From: Balanoglossus misakiensis | Taxonomy: Eukaryota; Animalia; Hemichordata | Length of the DNA stretch: 64,000 nucleotides | Direction of reading: 5' to 3' | NCBI GenBank assembly: GCA_040954595.2 | Contig: CM082584.2 | Span: forward strand, 13,011,237 to 13,075,236 | In this document: in pieces, positions 53,501 through 64,000 of the stretch | How the letters are laid out: the number at the start of each line of letters is the position of its first letter | Numbering within the stretch: the stretch's first letter is position 1 | The notes under the pieces: model-generated | Databases searched by the model: none | What the model was told of the DNA's origin: nothing | The model's input: only the letters and a program-made list of their open reading frames with translations | Made by a program: the position numbers and the translations under genes

Positions 53501-56500
53501 AGCTATAACCCATGGTTTTTTCAAAAAATGACCTAATTTTGAAAATTCGCAAAGTCGAAAAATCTTCGATTTTTGACGATTTTCCTGAGCTATAACCCAT
53601 GGTTTTTTCAAAAAATGACCAAATTTTCGAAATTCGCAAAGTCGAAAAATCTTCGATTTTTGACGATTTTCCTGAGCTATAACCCATGGTTTTTTCAAAA
53701 AATGACCAAATTTTCGAAATTCGCAAAGTCGAAAAATCTTCGATTTTTGACGATTTTCCTGAGCTATAACCCATGGTTTTTTCAAAAAATGACCAAATTT
53801 TGAAAATTCGCAAAGTCGAAAAATCTTCGATTTTTGACGATTTTCCTGAGCTATAACCCATGGTTTTTTCAAAAAATGACCAAATTTTGAAAATTCGCAA
53901 AGTCGAAAAATCTTCGATTTTTGACGATTTTCCTGAGCTATAACCCATGGTTTTTTCAAAAAATGACCAAATTTTGAAAATTCGCAAAGTCGAAAAATCT
54001 TCGATTTTTGACGATTTTCCTGAGCTATAACCCATGGTTTTTTCAAAAAATGACCAGATTTTCAAAATTCGCAAAGTCGAAAAATCTTCGATTTTTGACG
54101 ATTTTCCTGAGCTATAACCCATGGTTTTTTCAAAAAATGACCAAATTTTGAAAATTCGCAAGGTCGAAAAATCTTCGATTTTTGACGATTTTCCTGAGCT
54201 ATAACCCATGGTTTTTTCAAAAAATGACCAAATTTTCAAATTTCGCAAAGTCGAAAAATCTTCGATTTTTGACGATTTTCCTGAGCTATAACCCATGGTT
54301 TTTTCAAAAAATGACCAAATTTTCGAAATTCGCAAAGTCGAAAAATCTTCGATTTTTGACGATTTTCCTGAGCTATAACCCATGGTTTTTTCAAAAAATG
54401 ACCAAATTTTCAAATTTCGCAAAGTCGAAAAATCTTCGATTTTTGACGATTTTCCTGAGCTATAACCCATGGTTTTTTCAAAAAATGACCAAATTTTCAA
54501 ATTTCGCAAAGTCGAAAAATCTTCGATTTTTGACGATTTTCCTGAGCTATAACCCATGGTTTTTTCAAAAAATGACCAAATTTTCAAATTTCGCAAAGTC
54601 GAAAAATCTTCGATTTTTGACGATTTTCCTGAGCTATAACCCATGGTTTTTTCAAAAAATGACCAAATTTTCAAATTTCGCAAAGTCGAAAAATCTTCGA
54701 TTTTTGACGATTTTCCTGAGCTATAACCCATGGTTTTTTCAAAAAATGACCAAATTTTGAAAATTCGCAAGGTCGAAAAATCTTCGATTTTTGACGATTT
54801 TCCTGAGCTATAACCCATGGTTTTTTCAAAAAATGACCAAATTTTCAAAATTCGCAAAGTCGAAAAATCTTCGATTTTTGACGATTTTCCTGAGCTATAA
54901 CCCATGGTTTTTTCAAAAAATGACCAAATTTTGAAAATTCGCAAAGTCGAAAAATCTTCGATTTTTGACGATTTTCCTGAGCTATAACCCATGGTTTTTT
55001 CAAAAAATGACCAGATTTTCAAAATTCGCAAAGTCGAAAAATCTTCGATTTTTGACGATTTTCCTGAGCTATAACCCATGGTTTTTTCAAAAAATGACCA
55101 AATTTTCAAATTTCGCAAGGTCGAAAAATCTTCGATTTTTGACGATTTTCCTGAGCTATAACCCATGGTTTTTTCAAAAAATGACCAAATTTTCAAATTT
55201 CGCAAAGTCGAAAAATCTTCGATTTTTGACGATTTTCCTGAGCTATAACCCATGGTTTTTTCAAAAAATGACCAAATTTTCAAATTTCGCAAAGTCGAAA
55301 AATCTTCGATTTTTGACGATTTTCCTGAGCTATAACCCATGGTTTTTTCAAAAAATGACCAAATTTTGAAAATTCGCAAGGTCGAAAAATCTTCGATTTT
55401 TGACGATTTTCCTGAGCTATAACCCATGGTTTTTTCAAAAAATGACCAAATTTTCAAAATTCGCAAAGTCGAAAAATCTTCGATTTTTGACGATTTTCCT
55501 GAGCTATAACCCATGGTTTTTTCAAAAAATGACCAAATTTTGAAAATTCGCAAAGTCGAAAAATCTTCGATTTTTGACGATTTTCCTGAGCTATAACCCA
55601 TGGTTTTTTCAAAAAATGACCAGATTTTCAAAATTCGCAAAGTCGAAAAATCTTCGATTTTTGACGATTTTCCTGAGCTATAACCCATGTTTTTTTCAAA
55701 AAATGACCAAATTTTCAAATTTCGCAAGGTCGAAAAATCTTCGATTTTTGACGATTTTCCTGAGCTATAACCCATGGTTTTTTCAAAAAATGACCAAATT
55801 TTCAAATTTCGCAAAGTCGAAAAATCTTCGATTTTTGACGATTTTCCTGAGCTATAACCCATGGTTTTTTCAAAAAATGACCAAATTTTCAAATTTCGCA
55901 AAGTCGAAAAATCTTCGATTTTTGACGATTTTCCTGAGCTATAACCCATGGTTTTTTCAAAAAATGACCAAATTTTCAAATTTCGCAAAGTCGAAAAATC
56001 TTCGATTTTTGACGATTTTCCTGAGCGATAACCCATGGTTTTTTCAAAAAATGACCAAATTTTCAAATTTCGCAAAGTCGAAAAATCTTCGATTTTTGAC
56101 GATTTTCCTGAGCTATAACCCATGGTTTTTTCAAAAAATGACCAAATTTTCAAATTTCGCAAAGTCGAAAAATCTTCGATTTTTGACGATTTTCCTGAGC
56201 TATAACACATGGTTTTTTCAAAAAATGACCAAATTTTCAAATTTCGCAAAGTCGAAAAATCTTCGATTTTTGACGATTTTCCTGAGCTATAACCCATGGT
56301 TTTTTCAAAAAATGACCTAATTTTGAAAATTCGCAAAGTCGAAAAATCTTCGATTTTTAACGATTTTCCTGAGCTATAACCCATGGTTTTTTCAAAAAAT
56401 GACCAAATTTTCAAAATTCGCAAAGTCGAAAAATCTTCGATTTTTGACGATTTTCCTGAGCTATAACCCATGGTTTTTTCAAAAAATGACCAAATTTTCA

Positions 56501-59500
56501 AAATTCGCAAAGTCGAAAAATCTTCGATTTTTGACGATTTTCCTGAGCTATAACCCATGGTTTTTTCAAAAAATGACCAAATTTTCAAAATTCGCAAAGT
56601 CGAAAAATCTTCGATTTTTGACGATTTTCCTGAGCTATAACCCATGGTTTTTTCAAAAAATGACCAAATTTTGAAAATTCGCAAAGTCGAAAAATCTTCG
56701 ATTTTTGACGATTTTCCTGAGCTATAACCCATGGTTTTTTCAAAAAATGACCAAATTTTCAAATTTCGCAAAGTCGAAAAATCTTCGATTTTTGACGATT
56801 TTCCTGAGCTATAACCCATGGTTTTTTCAAAAAATGACCAAATTTTCAAATTTCGCAAAGTCGAAAAATCTTCGATTTTTGACGATTTTCCTGAGCTATA
56901 ACCCATGGTTTTTTCAAAAAATGACCAAATTTTCAAATTTCGCAAAGTCGAAAAATCTTCGATTTTTGACTATTTTCCTGAGCTATAACCCATGGTTTTT
57001 TCAAAAAATGACCAAATTTTCAAAATTCGCAAAGTCGAAAAATCTTCGATTTTTGACGATTTTCCTGAGCTATAACCCATGGTTTTTTCAAAAAATGACC
57101 AGATTTTCAAAATTCGCAAAGTCGAAAAATCTTCGATTTTTGACGATTTTCCTGAGCTATAACCCATGGTTTTTTCAAAAAATGACCAGATTTTCAAAAT
57201 TCGCAAAGTCGAAAAATCTTCGATTTTTGACGATTTTCCTGAGCTATAACCCATGGTTTTTTCAAAAAATGACCAGATTTTCAAAATTCGCAAAGTCGAA
57301 AAATCTTCGATTTTTGACGATTTTCCTGAGCTATAACCCATGGTTTTTTCAAAAAATGACCAAATTTTTGAAAATTCGCAAAGTCGAAAAATCTTCGATT
57401 TTTGACGATTTTCCTGAGCTATAACCCATGGTTTTTTCAAAAAATGACCAAATTTTCAAAATTCGCAAAGTCGAAAAATCTTCGATTTTTGACGATTTTC
57501 CTGAGCTATAACCCATGGTTTTTTCAAAAAATGACCAAATTTTGAAAATTCGCAAAGTCGAAAAATCTTCGATTTTTGACGATTTTCCTCAGCTATAACC
57601 CATGGTTTTTTCAAAAAATGACCAAATTTTGAAAATTCGCAAAGTCGAAAAATCTTCGATTTTTGACGATTTTCCTGAGCTATAACCCATGGTTTTTTCA
57701 AAAAATGACCAAATTTTGAAAATTCGCAAAGTCGAAAAATCTTCGATTTTTGACGATTTTCCTGAGCTATAACCCATGGTTTTTTCAAAAAATGACCAAA
57801 TTTTCGAAATTCGCAAAGTCGAAAAATCTTCGATTTTTGACGATTTTCCTGAGCTATAACCCATGGTTTTTTCAAAAAATGACCAAATTTTGAAAATTCG
57901 CAAAGTCGAAAAATCTTCGATTTTTGACGATTTTCCTGAGCTATAACCCATGGTTTTTTCAAAAAATGACCAAATTTTCAAATTTCGCAAAGTCGAAAAA
58001 TCTTCGATTTTTGACGATTTTCCTGAGCTATAACCCATGGTTTTTTCAAAAAATGACCAGATTTTCAAAATTCGCAAAGTCGAAAAATCTTCGATTTTTG
58101 ACGATTTTCCTGAGCTATAACCCATGGTTTTTTCAAAAAATGACCAGATTTTCAAAATTCGCAAAGTCGAAAAATCTTCGATTTTTGACGATTTTCCTGA
58201 GCTATAACCAATGGTTTTTTCAAAAAATGACCAAATTTTGAAAATTCGCAAAGTCGAAAAATCTTCGATTTTTGACGATTTTCCTGAGCTATAACCCATG
58301 GTTTTTTCAAAAAATGACCAAATTTTGAAAATTCGCAAAGTCGAAAAATCTTCGATTTTTGACGATTTTCCTGAGCTATAACCCATGGTTTTTTCAAAAA
58401 ATGACCAAATTTTGAAAATTCGCAAAGTCGAAAAATCTTCGATTTTTGACGATTTTCCTGAGCTATAACCCATGGTTTTTTCAAAAAATGACCAAATTTT
58501 GAAAATTCGCAAAGTCGAAAAATCTTCGATTTTTGACGATTTTCCTGAGCTATAACCCATGGTTTTTTCAAAAAATGACCAAATTTTCGAAATTCGCAAA
58601 GTCGAAAAATCTTCGATTTTTGACGATTTTCCTGAGCTATAACCCATGGTTTTTTCAAAAAATGACCAAATTTTGAAAATTCGCAAGGTCGAAAAATCTT
58701 CGATTTTTGACGATTTTCCTGAGCTATAACCCATGGTTTTTTCAAAAAATGACCAAATTTTCAAATTTCGCAAAGTCGAAAAATCTTCGATTTTTGACGA
58801 TTTTCCTGAGCTATAACCCATGGTTTTTTCAAAAAATGACCAAATTTTCAAATTTCGCAAAGTCGAAAAATCTTCGATTTTTGACGATTTTCCTGAGCTA
58901 TAACCCATGGTTTTTCAAAAAATGACCAAATTTTGAAAATTCGCAAAGTCGAAAAATCTTCGATTTTTGACGATTTTCCTGAGCTATAACCCATGGTTTT
59001 TTCAAAAAATGACCAAATTTTCAAAATTCGCAAAGTCGAAAAATCTTCGATTTTTGACGATTTTCCTGAGCTATAACCCATGGTTTTTTCAAAAAATGAC
59101 CAAATTTTGAAAATTCGCAAGGTCGAAAAATCTTCGATTTTTGACGATTTTCCTGAGCTATAACCCATGGTTTTTTCAAAAAATGACCAAATTTTGAAAA
59201 TTCGCAAAGTCGAAAAATCTTCGATTTTTGACGATTTTCCTGAGCTATAACCCATGGTTTTTTCAAAAAATGACCAAATTTTGAAAATTCGCAAAGTCGA
59301 AAAATCTTCGATTTTTGACGATTTTCCTGAGCTATAACCCATGGTTTTTTCAAAAAATGACCAGATTTTCAAAATTCGCAAAGTCGAAAAATCTTCGATT
59401 TTTGACGATTTTCCTGAGCTATAACCCATGGTTTTTTCAAAAAATGACCAAATTTTGAAAATTCGCAAGGTCGAAAAATCTTCGATTTTTGACGATTTTC

Positions 59501-62500
59501 CTGAGCTATAACCCATGGTTTTTTCAAAAAATGACCAAATTTTCAAATTTCGCAAAGTCGAAAAATCTTCGATTTTTGACGATTTTCCTGAGCTATAACC
59601 CATGGTTTTTTCAAAAAATGACCAAATTTTCAAATTTCGCAAAGTCGAAAAATCTTCGATTTTTGACGATTTTCCTGAGCTATAACCCATGGTTTTTTCA
59701 AAAAATGACCAAATTTTCAAATTTCGCAAAGTCGAAAAATCTTCGATTTTTGACGATTTTCCTGAGCTATAACCCATGGTTTTTTCAAAAAATGACCAAA
59801 TTTTCAAATTTCGCAAAGTCGAAAAATCTTCGATTTTTGACGATTTTCCTGAGCTATAACCCATGGTTTTTTCAAAAAATGACCAAATTTTCAAATTTCG
59901 CAAAGTCGAAAAATCTTCGATTTTTGACGATTTTCCTGAGCTATAACCCATGGTTTTTTCAAAAAATGACCAAATTTTCAAATTTCGCAAAGTCGAAAAA
60001 TCTTCGATTTTTGACGATTTTCCTGAGTTATAACCCATGGTTTTTTCAAAAAATGACCTAATTTTGAAAATTCGCAAAGTCGAAAAATCTTCGATTTTTG
60101 ACGATTTTCCTGAGCTATAACCCATGGTTTTTTCAAAAAATGACCAGATTTTCAAAATTCGCAAAGTCGAAAAATCTTCGATTTTTGACGATTTTCCTGA
60201 GCTATAACCCATGGTTTTTTCAAAAAATGACCAAATTTTGAAAATTCGCAAAGTCGAAAAATCTTCGATTTTTGACGATTTTCCTGAGCTATAACCCATG
60301 GTTTTTTCAAAAAATGACCAAATTTTCGAAATTCGCAAAGTCGAAAAATCTTCGATTTTTGACGATTTTCCTGAGCTATAACCCATGGTTTTTTCAAAAA
60401 ATGACCAAATTTTCAAAATTCGCAAAGTCGAAAAATCTTCGATTTTTGACGATTTTCCTGAGCTATAATCCATGGTTTTTTCAAAAAATGACCAAATTTT
60501 GAAAATTCGCAAAGTCGAAAAATCTTCGATTTTTGACGATTTTCCTGAGCTATAACCCATGGTTTTTTCAAAAAATGACCAAATTTTGAAAATTCGCAAG
60601 GTCGAAAAATCTTCGATTTTTGACGATTTTCCTGAGCTATAACCCATGGTTTTTTCAAAAAATGACCAAATTTTGAAAATTCGCAAGGTCGAAAAATCTT
60701 CGATTTTTGACGATTTTCCTGAGCTATAACCCATGGTTTTTTCAAAAAATGACCAAATTTTGAAAATTCGCAAAGTCGAAAAATCTTCGATTTTTGACGA
60801 TTTTCCTGAGCTATAACCCATGGTTTTTTCAAAAAATGACCTAATTTTGAAAATTCGCAAAGTCGAAAAATCTTCGATTTTTGACGATTTTCCTGAGCTA
60901 TAACCCATGGTTTTTTCAAAAAATGACCAGATTTTCAAAATTCGCAAAGTCGAAAAATCTTCGATTTTTGACGATTTTCCTGAGCTATAACCCATGGTTT
61001 TTTCAAAAAATGACCAAATTTTCAAAATTCGCAAAGTCGAAAAATCTTCGATTTTTGACGATTTTCCTGAGCTATAACCCATGGTTTTTTCAAAAAATGA
61101 CCAAATTTTGAAAATTCGCAAGGTCGAAAAATCTTCGATTTTTGACGATTTTCCTGAGCTATAACCCATGGTTTTTTCAAAAAATGACCAAATTTTGAAA
61201 ATTCGCAAAGTCGAAAAATCTTCGATTTTTGACGATTTTCCTGAGCTATAACCCATGGTTTTTTCAAAAAATGACCAGATTTTCAAAATTCGCAAAGTCG
61301 AAAAATCTTCGATTTTTGACGATTTTCCTGAGCTATAACCCATGGTTTTTTCAAAAAATGACCAAATTTTGAAAATTCGCAAGGTCGAAAAATCTTCGAT
61401 TTTTGACGATTTTCCTGAGCTATAACCCATGGTTTTTTCAAAAAATGACCAAATTTTCAAATTTCGCAAAGTCGAAAAATCTTCGATTTTTGACGATTTT
61501 CCTGAGCTATAACCCATGGTTTTTTCAAAAAATGACCAAATTTTCAAATTTCGCAAAGTCGAAAAATCTTCGATTTTTGACGATTTTCCTGAGCTATAAC
61601 CCATGGTTTTTTCAAAAAATGACCAAATTTTCAAATTTCGCAAAGTCGAAAAATCTTCGATTTTTGACGATTTTCCTGAGCTATAACCCATGGTTTTTTC
61701 AAAAAATGACCAAATTTTCAAATTTCGCAAAGTCGAAAAATCTTCGATTTTTGACGATTTTCCTGAGCTATAACCCATGGTTTTTTCAAAAAATGACCAA
61801 ATTTTCAAATTTCGCAAAGTCGAAAAATCTTCGATTTTTGACGATTTTCCTGAGCTATAACCCATGGTTTTTTCAAAAAATGACCTAATTTTGAAAATTC
61901 GCAAAGTCGAAAAATCTTCGATTTTTGACGATTTTCCTGAGCTATAACCCATGGTTTTTTCAAAAAATGACCAGATTTTGAAAATTCGCAAAGTCGAAAA
62001 ATCTTCGATTTTTGACGATTTTCCTGAGCTATAACCCATGGTTTTTTCAAAAAATGACCAAATTTTCAAATTTCGCAAAGTCGAAAAATCTTCGATTTTT
62101 GACGATTTTCCTGAGCTATAACCCATGGTTTTTTCAAAAAATGACCAAATTTTCAAATTTCGCAAAGTCGAAAAATCTTCGATTTTTGACGATTTTCCTG
62201 AGCTATAACCCATGGTTTTTTCAAAAAATGACCAAATTTTCAAATTTCGCAAAGTCGAAAAATCTTCGATTTTTGACGATTTTCCTGAGCTATAACCCAT
62301 GGTTTTTTCAAAAAATGACCTAATTTTGAAAATTCGCAAAGTCGAAAAATCTTCGATTTTTGACGATTTTCCTGAGCTATAACCCATGGTTTTATTCAAA
62401 AAATGACCAAATTTTCAAAATTCGCAAGGTCGAAAAATCTTCGATTTTTGACGATTTTCCTGAGCTATAACCCATGGTTTTTTCAAAAAATGACCAAATT

Positions 62501-64000
62501 TTCAAAATTCGCAAAGTCGAAAAATCTTCGATTTTTGACGATTTTCCTGAGCTATAACCCATGGTTTTTTCAAAAAATGACCAAATTTTGAAAATTCGCA
62601 AAGTCGAAAAATCTTCGATTTTTGACGATTTTCCTGAGCTATAACCCATGGTTTTTTCAAAAAATGACCAAATTTTCAATATTCGCAAAGTCGAAAAATC
62701 TTCGATTTTTGACGATTTTCCTGAGCTATAACCCATGGTTTTTTCAAAAAATGACCAAATTTTGAAAATTCGCAAAGTCGAAAAATCTTCGATTTTTGAC
62801 GATTTTCCTGAGCTATAACCCATGGTTTTTTCAAAAAATGACCAAATTTTCAAAATTCGCAAAGTCTAAAAATCTTCGATTTTTGACGATTTTCCTGAGC
62901 TATAACCCATGGTTTTTTCAAAAAATGACCAAATTTTGAAAATTCGCAAAGTCGAAAAATCTTCGATTTTTGACGATTTTCCTGAGCTATAACCCATGGT
63001 TTTTTCAAAAAATGACCAAATTTTGAAAATTCGCAAAGTCGAAAAATCTTCGATTTTTGACGATTTTCCTGAGCTATAACCCATGGTTTTTTCAAAAAAT
63101 GACCAAATTTTGAAAATTCGCAAAGTCGAAAAATCTTCGATTTTTGACGATTTTCCTGAGCTATAACCCATGGTTTTTTCAAAAAATGACCAGATTTTCA
63201 AAATTCGCAAAGTCGAAAAATCTTCGATTTTTGACGATTTTCCTGAGCTATAACCCATGGTTTTTTCAAAAAATGACCAAATTTTGAAAATTCGCAAGGT
63301 CGAAAAATCTTCGATTTTTGACGATTTTCCTGAGCTATAACCCATGGTTTTTTCAAAAAATGACCAAATTTTCAAATTTCGCAAAGTCGAAAAATCTTCG
63401 ATTTTTGACGATTTTCCTGAGCTATAACCCATGGTTTTTTCAAAAAATGACCAAATTTTCAAATTTCGCAAAGTCGAAAAATCTTCGATTTTTGACGATT
63501 TTCCTGAGCTATAACCCATGGTTTTTTCAAAAAATGACCAAATTTTCAAATTTCGCAAAGTCGAAAAATCTTCGATTTTTGACGATTTTCCTGAGCTATA
63601 ACCCATGGTTTTTTCAAAAAATGACCAAATTTTCAAATTTCGCAAAGTCGAAAAATCTTCGATTTTTGACGATTTTCCTGAGCTATAACCCATGGTTTTT
63701 TCAAAAAATGACCAAATTTTCAAATTTCGCAAAGTCGAAAAATCTTCGATTTTTGACGATTTTCCTGAGCTATAACCCATGGTTTTTTCAAAAAATGACC
63801 AAATTTTCAAATTTCGCAAAGTCGAAAAATCTTCGATTTTTGACGATTTTCCTGAGTTATAACCCATGGTTTTTTCAAAAAATGACCTAATTTTGAAAAT
63901 TCGCAAAGTCTAAAAATCTTCGATTTTTGACGATTTTCCTGAGCTATAACCCATGGTTTTTTCAAAAAATGACCAGATTTTCAAAATTCGCAAAGTCGAA
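47522..64000. repeat. 87-bp satellite DNA array, about 189 monomers, running off the window
   Basis: Consensus AAAGTCGAAAAATCTTCGATTTTTGACGATTTTCCTGAGCTATAACCCATGGTTTTTTCAAAAAATGACCAAATTTTCAAATTTCGC (87 nt, 27 G+C). Head-to-tail and near-identical. Confidence 0.99.

Noticed and set aside
52041-56945. 1634-aa minus-strand ORF, plus the 1183-aa and other repeat ORFs (KIWSFFEKTMGYSSGKSSKIEDFSTLR)n
   Set aside because: The monomer is 87 = 29x3 nt and is stop-free in several frames on both strands. Stops and frameshifts appear freely elsewhere in the array, and there are no unique termini or splice context. This is a satellite artefact unless proteomics or Ribo-seq shows otherwise.
47555-64000. 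CRISPR-like array
   Set aside because: There are no unique spacers and no cas genes, and the context is eukaryotic. The units are contiguous near-identical monomers.

Overview
This is eukaryotic (metazoan) genomic DNA, probably from a marine invertebrate. That assignment is inferred from short GT-AG introns, abundant TACATGTA and an invertebrate-type KANK. Four zones were identified. (1) 79-3397, + strand: the last nine coding exons of ASNSD1, with a poly-Ser expansion. (2) About 3.6-35.2 kb: a CpG-rich promoter-like region, then about 31 kb of apparently non-coding 5' UTR/intron with several candidate alternative first exons, motif clusters and small MITE-like hairpins. (3) 35294-44996, + strand: a complete 11-coding-exon KANK gene, 2004 aa by manual splicing. 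It has a KN motif, a coiled coil, a 4377-bp exon encoding a periodic Thr-rich linker interrupted by seven 23-aa CxxC repeats, ankyrin repeats, a frame-determining 35-nt micro-exon, and a basic SxIP/polyQ tail. (4) From about 47522 to the window end: a highly homogeneous 87-bp AT-rich satellite (about 189 monomers) with internal dyads and higher-order repeats. It starts about 60 bp after the presumed KANK poly(A) signal. The long ORFs called in the satellite are artefacts of the 87 = 29x3 period. Exon boundaries were derived by hand from splice consensus and reading-frame continuity. No database searches were run.
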